DNA from: Lepidodermella squamata | Taxonomy: Eukaryota > Animalia > Gastrotricha | Direction: 5' to 3' | DNA: 64,000 nt | Assembly: GCA_047495785.1 (NCBI GenBank) | Contig: JBLDXI010000028.1 | Location: 496,001 to 560,000 of the forward strand | Part shown: positions 1-11,572 of the stretch, piece by piece | Layout of the letters: each line of letters starts with the position of its first letter | Numbering within the stretch: the first letter of the stretch is position 1 | Program-made: the position numbers and the translations under genes | Notes under the pieces: generated by a model | Told to the model about the DNA's origin: nothing | The model's database searches: none | Seen by the model: the letters and a program-made list of their open reading frames with translations, nothing else

Positions 1-3000
1 CATCGAAATCTAATTCGTGTCAAATTCGTAATTTCTTCTGCTGCAATTATCGGTGCACCCGATGGAGCCCGTTTACTCGCGGGTAATTTCGCGATAGCTA
101 AGGTGAACAGAATTTCAAGTTTCGTTGGTTTTTCGATTTTTCCAATTTTTCATCTGAATAGCCTAGTGAATAGCCATGATTGAACTGGTATCTGGAAATT
201 CGCCGGAGCGTTGTGTTGATCGCCGATGATCACCTGCATTTTGTTATTTTATTTCAATTTTCCTGTATTTTTTTATATTTCCGCAATTTTTTGTTCTCAG
301 ACCGCTCGCGTCCTTAATTTGTAGCGTGCATGAAAATGTAAAAGGAGATCATTGTGGCTCGGAGATGACGCAAGATCAGATTGTTCTCGACTTAGTTTCA
401 TAAAACCCCTGTTACACAACAGAGGAAAGCGTTCCATATAAGCGATTTTATTCCTTCATTTCTCCATTATTTTCTATTTTCTATTAATTTCTCGAAATCG
501 TTAGGCAGCTTTTGATGCAACGTCTCTACGCTCACCTCTTTGCTGCAATGCAGTGCTGCAATGCGACTGCTACCTAATGCGGGTAACTTTTACCCACTCA
601 GATGACCCACCTCAATGAATTATTTTAGCTGCCGTTAATGCTGTTGCTCTAACCAGTCGCTCATCAACTTCGCCTCATCGCGACTACATGTCGGATTGCT
701 CGGATTGAATTAGTGGATAATTCCAACAATCGTGTTCAATCAAATTTCGGATTATTTTTGATATCAGTTCAGACTTGGCTTGCGTTAGAAATGAAATTTT
801 TGTGTGGCATGGTTAGTAAAATATTGCCCCATCATTGGGCGTCCAAAGGCTTTGACTTTTAATTTTGCAACCAGCATTGATGATACTTGATTAATTGCTC
901 GGAGCAGGTAAATTTAATTTGCGCATGATTTGCCTGATGGTAATCGAATCCGGAGGGACAGTATAGGCCACTAATTTTGAACGCCAACATTCCATAAATC
1001 ACGGTCTAGCATTTCAAGATTCGCCCATAAAATTTTCTCGAATTTTGCAGCAAAGAATCTAGGAGGGCAAAAATCTGAGAGCACATTTCAGTTGAGCTAT
1101 TGTTTATAGAATTCAAGAGAATAATCGCCACGTCTTGCTGTTTTTTGACACAAAATAGGAAAATCTCATTTGTTCCCGTCATGCTTCATCTAAGAAAAAT
1201 TCTTATCAAATCCAGGTAATGCCTAGGAATATTCGCGAATAAATATTGAGACTTCCCGATTGGTTATCACCGCTTTAATCATAAATTCACAAATCAGTAT
1301 CTCGTCATAATTGATACAGGCTTGTGCAGTGGACATTGATTTCAGTTTGAAAGGCTTAAGATATTGAAGATGTGAAACACAGCGTATCAGAAAACTCGTA
1401 AATTTGCGATTTCGGCGAAACTAGACCGGTTGATTAACTTCACTGGCTCAATGGCTTGAATGAAACAGGATAAACGGGCTGTCCGTATCTAATCCAAATC
1501 TAATCTGAATTTGCGGAAAAATAGGGAATATTTCATATTTTCGTTATTTGGTTCGGTATTTTTATTTTTCCGTTTCTGAGGCCGTTTACGAGTCAGAAAG
1601 AAATGAGTTGAAAAAGCAGGAGTTTTTGTAACTCCATGGGTAATTCAGCTAAAGCATTTAGTTTACATACCCTGGGATATATTTTTGCTAACCGGAATTA
1701 TTTCATTTTTTCTAACTTATAATTATTTTTTCATTTTTTATTAGATTCTTGAATCTGACGTCCTTCATGTTTCATTCCTTCATCCGGCTGTTGTTAAGGC
1801 GCCGCGGTTTTCACGCATCCGTCGCCTTGATGGAGTGATCATCAGTCCGAAAATCTGCTCCCCGAATCAAATATGCGTTCAAATTCCTGCTGAAAAATTT
1901 CGAATCGAACGGCTGGTATAGCCAGGATGCGCTGGCTACAACACTGTGCATCTGTTAAACTCAACTTGTTGCAATCGCTTATCGCGTACTTTGACGGCAT
2001 CTCATTTTCGAAAAAACGCCGGCCTGCCGATCGAATGCTATTGTCCCGATGTTTTGTCAGATCGGTCGCTATTTCGCATCTCGTTATCGCTGGAAAGAAA
2101 TGATTTGTTCTGGAATTCTCGAACTGATTCAGCTCAGAATGCCGCGATCACAAGCCGAATCACTCCTGAAACCATTCACAAAGGTTAGAAAAGTTAAAAA
2201 TATTTTCTCCTATATCGGGAAATTTTATAAAAAATTCGGGTTCGATTCGATGTCGATGTCGATGTCTAAGCGCGATTTCAGAAATTTGAGAAATTTTTGT
2301 AAACCTCTGCTGAGCATGGTTTCGCATTTTTACCGAAAATAAATTCCAACACTGTGATAATGATTTTCCTAAAATTTGAAAAATGCGAAAAATAAAAATA
2401 AAAATATAAGGTAATGGCTGCTGGCTGCTCATCCCAAATAGTAGCCCAGGGTTGAGAGGTCAAGTCGGTTTGACGACATTACAATTAACGATTCAACTGA
2501 CATTAGTTTTCGAATTTTTAAAATTTTATCGAAAATTTATGTTGAAACTGAAGCGCAGTTTCACCTAGCCTTGCAGTCCGAAATATTGAAACGATTTTTG
2601 TTCCGAAATCAGACAAAGTGTCAAGAGTATCACTGTTTTTCCGGAGCCATTTTTCAGCGTGAGATGCCCCCTCAAATTTAGAAAATTTAGTAAAAATGTC
2701 TTGTTTTCCTAATATTTGATTAGTTCCTTTATTATTCAAATTGCGGAAAAATATCACTGTGTTCCTCCTGAAGATATCTATCTGATGACATTTGGTTTTT
2801 TATACTCTGGCCATTATCGCCAATCGACGGTTGGAATTTTGATTTTTTCGATTTTAAGCCTTCAAGAAATAGATAAATCGGCAGACGATCTAGCGCCCAT
2901 GTTCAGAATTGATGAACGCCGAAAATATAATCTAGCCTAAAAAGTTTCGATTTTAGTTCCGATTTGAGGGATAATCAGGGCCGACAAAAATTTAATGAAA

Positions 3001-3039
3001 GACCAGTCATACCTTTGTGGCTTGTCCACAAAATTCGGA

Positions 3040-3460
3040 CGAAATTCCGGTTTCTTTGCCAGAAAATTATGGACATTTTCGTATGAGTCTCGAACTTCTC
3101 AATTAGTATTAATTCACGAAACAGCCTATATCATTTTATATATAGCTATTTTGACTTATTTTCAGATGATTTTTCGATTATTCGAGTCGATTGAAAAGTG
3201 GGACATTCTCGCGCTCAGCACCTGCGAGCGTGGCCTTCGCACCGTGCATCAATACGGCTACGGCGAGCGTGACATAACACCAGTGTCGACAACCACTGGC
3301 CCTTGCAACTCGAGAAAGACGAGAGCGTGTTATCCTAGTAACAAGGATTGCTTGGGTTGACGAGGGAACTGGCTCCGATGTCATGCGTCGAGATCCAATC
3401 AGCATGTCCCATCCATGAATCGGTAAGAATTTTCTTATTCGTTTTTCATCTGATTGGCAA
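3040..3460 (+). repeat. Dispersed exon-like repeat unit, copy 1
   Basis: Colinear with 5015-5455. Shared blocks include tcgattgaaaagtg, acattctcgcgctca, ctacggcgagcgtgaca, ggttgacgaggg and ggtaagaattt...ctgattggcaaaatta. The core 3166-3422 is bounded by tttcag and gtaaga. Confidence 0.8.
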
Positions 3461-3954
3461 AATTATAAGATTCAGAGGTAGATCCGCACGGTATATTCGT
3501 TCAGTGGAATTTTGCGCACGTATTATTTCCGCATGGAATAATGAGTGATGGGAATTTTGCGCGTAAATTCGTGCTAACGCCGGATGACTTGTCTAGGCGT
3601 TAAGGTCGCCCTGATCTAACGCTTAATTATAGCTATAATGTAGAGGAATTTTCCTAACGTCTCGTTAACGTGTAATAAATGCCTGGTTTTACGGTTGATA
3701 AGTCTTGGATGGGCTGAGTTTCAGGAATTATTTTGGCATTTTCCAAAAGCATTTCCAGGAATCTTTCGACTAAGGCTTGATAATTCTTGACTATTCAAAA
3801 ACCATGTATTTTCTGCCGTTATTCACGCATTTCCCCGTCAAAGTAACGTTATGTCTGAAGGCATTTGCAGGCGTTAAAATAGATCCACCTTCGCGTTAGC
3901 TTGCTTAGAGTGGTGTTGCGATGATTATAACAAACTATTTTTGTCTGTGATGTC

Positions 3955-4907
3955 CATAGAGCTATTTTTAAGATAGAGCTCCTACTCCTGACTTGTTGGA
4001 AAAGTAAACAAATCAGGCGATTTTTTGATTTCCGATGTCTCATTCATATGGTAATTTCCTTGACGAAAAATTTGGTGGTACCAGATAGCGCTTCAAATGG
4101 GGAACACTGCGATTATTTTTTCGAAATTTTCAGAGAAATTTAGAGCAGGTAAAGCAGAAATTTAGAGCAGGTAAAAAACAATTATTTGATTTCGAATAAA
4201 TGGAAATTAACTAATAATTAGATCGAAAATCGAAATTGAAGCATGTTTCGAATTTAGTGGGTTATATCCTGATCACACTCTACATTTTGATGCTTGGGGC
4301 GAGCTTGGACGATTTTTTTCTGATTTTCTATAATTTTATAAATTATTCTGCTTGGATTTTACATTATAAAAATCGAGATTGCCCGTTGGATTGAATGCAG
4401 AATCTTTCTTGACAGCTTGTGCGCCACGTGTGGCTGAGTTGAGTCCGGAGCTGGAACCATAGCTGGTACAGACTTCGAATGCAGTGAAAAACCATTCATT
4501 CAACGAATAAAAAAAATTCCAGAAAATCAGGAAAAATTCGTCCAAGCTCTCTAAGCACTGAAATGTGGAGCTTGATCAGAACTACCTGGTCCGTTAAAAA
4601 TACGCTTCAATTTCGCTGCCACATTGGCAGCTGTCATGTTTAATTATTGATTAATTTCCTTTTTATGCGATTTTTCCCATTTCAAAAAAATATTGAGAAA
4701 AATAATCAATGTGCTCGTCGTTTCAAGAGCCATCTCGAACCGCCGGGTATGATTGATTGTAATCAATCGTTTACGAATAACGAGCGATCGAAACTCAACT
4801 GATTTGTTTACTTTTCCAACCACTCGACGCTGATTCATCCATCCGGCGCCCATGGCGTTTACAGGCTTAGTCAGGAGTAGGACCTCTATCTTAAAACTAG
4901 CTCTATG
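3955..4907. mobile_element. Non-autonomous foldback DNA transposon with CATAGAG termini, possibly P superfamily
   Basis: Inverted repeat 3954-3993 / 4869-4908 matches 38/40. Inner inverted blocks: 3995-4016 / 4799-4820 (22/22) and ~4231-4337 / ~4510-4615 (imperfect). The 8-bp flanks gtgatgtc / gtgatccc match 6/8. No transposase ORF. Confidence 0.75.
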
Positions 4908-5014
4908 GTGATCCCTCGTGCGAAAAAATCCTCTCTAAAATAAAAGTTGTGCGGAACATTCCGCTTAAATAATATTTCAGGTATAAATTTAAAATTGTGG
5001 CTTCACGCGGAAAA

Positions 5015-5455
5015 TTCCACTCAATTTGCGAGAAAAATATGGAACTTTTCGTATGCATCTCGAACTTCGGACTTCTCGACTAAAATTCCATCATGAAAAA
5101 CCCCACGTAATTAAACCTATTTTCTTTTATTTTCAGATGCCGCATTTCAATTTTCCGACTCGATTGAAAAGTGTTACATTCTCGCGCTCAACACAGTGAA
5201 CAGCGAACGTTGCCTCCACAGAATGCGCCAGCATGACTACGGCGAGCGTGACAACAGCACCAGGGTCGCCAACCACCGGCGCCACCACCGGCCCAAGTAA
5301 CCCATGAAAGAGGATCGCGTGTTATTCGGGTGGCAGGAATGTTAATTGAATGATTGGTTGACGAGGGCGCTGGCTCTAGCATACGTCGAGATCTAGTCAA
5401 CATGCCTCATCGATGAATTGGTAAGAATTTGCTTATTTTTACTGATTGGCAAAAT
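5015..5455 (+). repeat. Dispersed exon-like repeat unit, copy 2
   Basis: Diverged copy of 3040-3460. The core 5137-5420 lies between tttcag and gtaaga. Confidence 0.8.
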
Positions 5456-5959
5456 TAGCAGCCGATAACCTTTTTAATTATCATTTATCATCGAAAAAAA
5501 TGTGCTAGATCTTTGCTTTGAGTTACCATTTGCATCGAAAACACTCATACCTTTTTAATGGTCTAATTTCAGCGGCATGCATGCCCGAAATTTCAGAATT
5601 TATTCATTGATAGCTTTAATGAAAATTTAGCGAAAATTCAGCTATTTATTATTAAAATTCCAGGATTACGGGCGTTTCTCCGATTGATTTCCGAAATTTG
5701 TGTATGGATCACCGAAGGTCGCCCAGAAAATTTTTACAGGAACAATCCGATGAAACCAGATTAAGTTAATTGAAAAACCATAGACGTAATTTCCGATTAA
5801 TTCCGATCGAGTTTTAGTCGCGGTTTCCTCAGTTGTCTTGTTTGTTTCCCCGGTAAATCATTGAGAACAGGTACTGAAGGCTATTATGCGTCAGTATTAG
5901 GAAAATGAGTTTATTCCGAATTTATCAATTGAGAAAAATCGCGGGTAGAGGTATGGCAT

Positions 5960-6290
5960 GCCGCTGTCTTTGCTATGAATTTTTCCAAAACATTAATCTA
6001 ACCCGTCACAAATCAAAAATCAAATATTCTGTGAACGAAGGCTTCTCATTTCGCTGGCTTCGGTACCCCTTTTTCAAGTTTTTTTCAAGTTTACCGCCCT
6101 CTCAATAAACTATACCGGGTCCAAAATCAGGAAAATTCGTGAATAAAGACATCCTCATTCGATCCCCTCGCTATCAATTTTTCACTTTTTTTCCGCCCGC
6201 TCAGAAATATAAAAAATATGAACGTCAAATAATCGGGAATAATTTACGGATTTTATGCTCACCTTTTTGCGGTCAATTTTCCCCTAATAA
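5960..6290 (+). repeat. Dispersed degenerate repeat, with a second copy at ~8300-8545
   Basis: Blocks gtccaaaatc(a/g)ggaaaattcgtgaataaa, tatcaatttttcactt, aacgtcaaa(t/a)aatcggg and tcaattttccc recur at 8300-8545. Confidence 0.65.
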
Positions 6291-6914
6291 TATGTTTTCA
6301 ATGCTAAATGCAACTTTCTGAACGCCTTGAAATCGAATTGTATTGTTATGAATTGAGACCGACTATTTTTGGACACCCTAAACTCCATTTTGCCCTATGT
6401 TACTCAGGATAAATAACCCCCGATTATTCCAAATAGTTTTCTGATATTTAGCAATTCGGAATTGTTGTAATTTTTATCCTAAATAACCGGCGGTGCTAAA
6501 TAGCGAACTTTTTTTTATATAGTGAAGCTTTTCCCCTGTTTTCCCTGGTAAATGTTGTTATTCCTTCGGTGAAATTGCGGATCAAGGACGTGGCTGGGGG
6601 TTAATGAGAGGTCGAATAATTTAGAAAAATATTCAAATTTCCAGCGAAACTTTGAAATATTGGAAAGCTACCAACTTCGCTATGAAAAAAGCCGTGAAGA
6701 GCTGCATACCTTAATTAGATCTTAGATGAAATCGAACTGTTTTTTTCCGCTCGCTGTTTTTTTAATAAGACTAGAGTTCAGAGGCCATCTAAGGTAGATT
6801 TTATACAATTTGAAGACCTAATGTTAGCCTTGGAGCATCGATACTCTGTCTACAATCACTTTAAATTAAGGACTATCTGTGTTGATTTTTCCAATTTATT
6901 GTTTTTCATCGTTC

Positions 6915-7180
6915 TTTATAGATGGCGGGTCGCTATCCGACGCCGCTGAAAATTGGGACTTGTCCACCTCAACATCGTTGCCATCTAGAGTGGGCACAAA
7001 TCGGCGAAGTGGGCACAAATCGCAGTGTGGCCTAGCAACGCAAAAGCAGAAGCAGGCCCCTATGTCCGCAAGTTTTCTACTCAGCCGGATTTGAAATCGA
7101 ATGGCGACCCGATCAAGATTCTGGCTGTGATATCAGACGCCAATTTTCGTCGGCATCGATCAATGACCCATCGGTAATTA
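6915..7180 (+). repeat. Probable third, more diverged exon-like unit
   Basis: Begins ag|atg, contains tgaaaattgggac...ctcaaca like copies 1-2, and ends atcg|gtaa. The core 6922-7173 has a similar length (252 nt). Confidence 0.45.
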
Positions 7181-7858
7181 TTTCCTCTGTTTTTTTCAGG
7201 CTTCTTGAATTTGAAAATTTTCATTTTGAATTTTCAAAGATCGCAAATTTGAAACAAATCGGTATTTCATTTTGTCATCGCTCGGTCGTTTTTAGGACAC
7301 ATTTCGAGAAAGGTGATCACTAATGATTAATAAAATTAGCCTTAGAATTATAATAATTGGAAGGTTTCGAGAATTTTTCCTTTAGAATTTTAGAATCATA
7401 TAGGCATGGCGTTAAACCCCTTTTCCCGTGAGTAGACAGTCTATACTAATATTATGTCGTATGTTAAGAATTAATGAACGTCGAAAAACTAATCTAGCCG
7501 CAATTAAATAATTCAGACCCATGAATATTTTTTCCCGGGTAGATTGGCTTGATCGGTTTACTTTCATTGGCACAAGTTGCCTAAAAATTGATATTCCCAT
7601 TCAAGTGATGAATTATGACTGACAAAAATTGAATGAAAGACCGATCATAATTTTTCGGCTAACATGAGAGGTTTCAAATTGTACAATGTCCACAACGTTG
7701 AACGAAATTCCGGCTTCTTTGCGAGATATTTATGAAAATTTTCGTATGGGCCTCCAACATGACGATTTATTTGTTAAAATTCCTGGGTTCCTGGACGTTG
7801 ACTCTGACTCTCCGAAAATTGCATGTAACAGGCGATGCCTTGCTTTAAACCAGGAATA

Positions 7859-8293
7859 CCGTATTTTACGAATTATAAGACACTGCCCTGTTTTTTTTTA
7901 AACGAGGTACAAGTCCTGCCCTGTATTTAGGGTCTGCCCTTTAATTTTTCGAACCTAATCAGCCATCTGAAGAGTACTTACATTAACTGTTAAAACAGCC
8001 GAGTAACAGCTATAGCTACTGCTTTCCACTTTCCACCTGTGACTACACGCGTGAAGTGTTTGCTCAAGTGGATTAAGGTGGATAAAGGACGATTAGTGCG
8101 CTTACTGACGAAAAATCGCAACCTATCCAACTTTAACCACTTACCCAGCAGGCGCTCATGTAAGCCACTTCATACAAGGCCCTGGCTATTAATACGGTTC
8201 TGCCCTTCATTATTTCAAATGACCATTACCCTCTGCCCTTTATTCCGGTTCTGCCCTATATTTGGGTCCTGCCTAATAATTCGTAAAATACGG
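7859..8293. mobile_element. MITE, Tc1/mariner superfamily (pogo/Tc2-like CCGTA termini)
   Basis: Perfect 18-bp TIR ccgtattttacgaattat / ataattcgtaaaatacgg with TA on both sides (7857-58, 8294-95). Repeated subterminal ctgccct motifs. 435 bp, non-coding. Confidence 0.9.
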
Positions 8294-8299
8294 TAGTAA

Positions 8300-8545
8300 T
8301 CGGGAAAAATTTACTCGTCACAATTTTGCATTTTTGCTATATCAATTTTTCACTTATTTCGCCCTCGCTAAATCAAATACAACCAGTCCAAAATCGGGAA
8401 AATTCGTGAATAAATAATTCTTTATTAGATGCCCTCGTTAGCGATTTTGTCAAATTTTTCCGCCTGCTCCTGAAACGTCAAAAAATCGGGTAAATTAACG
8501 GATGAAAGAATGTGCCTCGTCACATATTTTGCTCTCAATTTTCCC
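8300..8545 (+). repeat. Second copy of the 5960-6290 repeat
   Basis: Shares the sequence blocks listed for 5960-6290. Confidence 0.65.
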
Positions 8546-11500
8546 GAAATGATAACAGTTATTTCTTCAAATATTTGAATTGCATATTGCGAAAAAATTG
8601 AGAAAATATGGCAAATTTAGAGGCCTGGAAATTTTAGACAATTTTAGATTCAACTTCGAAAAATATCCTCCTCAGTTTCCTCTTAGAAGGTTCCGAAATT
8701 CCCATCTTTTCCTGTCATCCACTCGAATTTATTTCTATTCTAATATTTTGCGAATCAAATGTCAAATTATCGCATTTTTTATCCAATTTATTTCGTGTTT
8801 CAGCCTTTCCACGTGCCGAAATCTATCTGCGAGTCGATTGTCGATGTCGACAAGCTGCAAGTGTCGAGCTAGCTCAGCACATTCTACGCGTCGATCCAAT
8901 TGCTATAGGTCTGAATCTGTCCCTAAATTAGACATCCGTTCGTCGCTCATTTGTCAGCGGTCACTCGTGTTTTTCAAACTGCCCACGTCTTTAGCGGTGA
9001 TGGCCCAGGTCAACATGCGGGCCTAGATCTGGCGAAGATGCGGTATCGCCTGTTCTTCGAAAACAAATATTCGCCACTGAATGAGGTTTTCTACGCGTTA
9101 TGGATGAAGCATGGATAATATCACCATTTTTATGATGAGAACGTCAGACTTCCTTGACCCTTGTCCTATAGAGGCTCTTGACTCACCCGTTGTAAAAGAG
9201 CTAAGTTTGCCCATTTTATTTGGCTCTTAAATTTATATTTCCGTTTGCTGTTTTTCGTTGGAAATTAGTGTCTCTGTGTGTTGTATTTCAAAGGTAGCGC
9301 ATAAACACTGGCCTCGGTTTGTTCATTTTTCTACGTGTCTGCCGTCAAGATTTGCCTGTTTTGTGTGATTACTCTTCATTTAGGATAGAGCGTCTCATCC
9401 TTTTGATCTCCAATCATCCTTAATAATTTTGAAAGATCCTATTCATGTAATTACTTAGCACTCGAAACTATGGCTGTCACTGTGCGATTATGATATCTGT
9501 TTTTGTTCATTTGATGACTTCTTACTGCATATACCTGTTCTGAAATTTTAATAACATTATTTTATAAGGATTTTATTTTGATCACGTGTTGTTTGTTTCA
9601 GTTTCGTTCGAGGAATCGCTTCGACCCATTGGCGTGTTTGAGTTCTTGAATAGCTCGCCTATCGTTATTTCTGCTTACTCATTCCAGTTTGACTAAATCT
9701 TATTTGATTTTGTCTTTAACAGTATTGTCATTTGATGCGATGAGCCGCTGCTGATGAGTTTTCTCGATTAATAAGCGAACTCGAATGATAACTATCGGCT
9801 GATTGTTCTCCTTATAGCCTGATTCCCAATTCGTAAATTATGTTTATTACTTATCACAGTGACTCCTGGCTTCCCGCTACTCAGCGGGACAACTGAGACT
9901 ATATGTTATTCAAGCATTCCACGACCTTTGTAATACAGCAAACTTGAAGTTCCGATGGTCTAGATCTTTTCATTCAGATACTTATCATCTGCCGCAACTT
10001 AACTGCTCTGAGTTCTTCAGTTGAATGATGAGGTCTTTAACATTATTCAGTGCACTACTTGTCGATGTCTTGTTAGTATGGCTAATAAATGACTAATAAT
10101 AAACAAACAAGACTTCTAATAACTTGTTCGCTATCATTTGTGATGCAATTCAACTTCAGATGAGAGAGGAAGGGCCCACTCGTTTACTTTTTCGTAACAA
10201 TACCGCGAATAGCATCGAGATGGTCATATTGAGGCGTGCTGAACTCGGGACTTGGGTGGCTGTTAATTCAACTTGAGGGTTACAATCGTATATGCATCTA
10301 GCATCGCTAGCACAGATAAATTGGCCGATAACGCTCAGGAAATTTACTCGAGCCTTAACCCACTTCAAATTACTCACCTCACGCCTCAGCATGAGCAAAC
10401 GCGAGGCAACGCGAGACTACAACAGCTGATAAACAATTCCAATCGCCATAGAAACTCTAAATTTAATTATTTTCTTTATGAAATTAATAATAACTTTCAT
10501 TAATTAATTGATTTACAACAAATAAATTAGAAACAATTGATTTTGCCGCAGAATCCCGTTCCGCTTGGTTGAAAACGGCCACGCAAAGTTGGCGTCACTA
10601 TGCGGTCGACTCAATATCGACGTCGCTATGTGTCAAATTGTTTGCCAAAACGGCTTCATATGGGCTGGCTTATCAGCAATCTAATTGTCAAGCTTCTCTA
10701 CGGCAGTGATTCCTACACATCGTCTTACCGAAAGGAATCAGTAGTAGCTATCTGCGGCTCAAATGGCGCTCAAGACCATCTTAGTTCTGAGTCATCAAAT
10801 GGGGTCCGGGACTGTCCAGAATGCACTGAATCTAGCGCGTCTTCATCTGTCGAGCTCAGCGCTAACACGAACTGTAGCTTTCGCTTTGGTAAGTTCAAGA
10901 GTCCCTCCTGAATTTAATCAGTTGCCGATTAGTCTAAGATTTAGGTTCATCTACCAGGATCCGCGACGAGTCCACGACAAACGCACTCGTCTTTCCATAT
11001 CATGCGGCACGTTTTTCTGTTAAATTTTATAAATTTTATTTTATTATTTATTAAAATTTATTTTTAGCAAATAAAATTTGTGAAAATTTTGAGAGCGGTC
11101 AAAACTCCCCGAAAAATTTGAAAAATTGGGTAAGCTGCCGCTAGGTTTGTCGGCAAATGAATCAACCGCTCGTACTTCTCAATGGCATTTGGCGGCTGGT
11201 GTTAGATTGCTCTTGTTCTCATACACTTACATGTAGTACACAAGTCAAATGTAGAGATTAGGTATGTTGCAGCGATCCGCCTACGGAATTCTTTGTTCAA
11301 TGAAAGTGAAACATTCCGTTTTTGTTGCATTTTTGACGCCCTAATTGTGATTATTCATGTGTTTTGGCAATGATGGAGTGTGGATGAGCAGCCGGCATGT
11401 CCATTTAGGCTGTCATATTTATAAAAGTAGAGATCCTCTCGTCATGATTCATCCTGCGATAGAGTCTCTTCGCTATTTCATGGTGACCTGGCCGAAACCG

Positions 11501-11572
11501 AACATTTTTGATGACCACTGATCCTTTGTTATATCCGTTCATGCTTTTTTGTTTTATAGAGTAGCCTGTAAG

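Noticed and set aside
8580-9026. 148-aa ORF
   Set aside because: TTG start, AT-rich low-complexity first half, no motif and no supportable exon structure.
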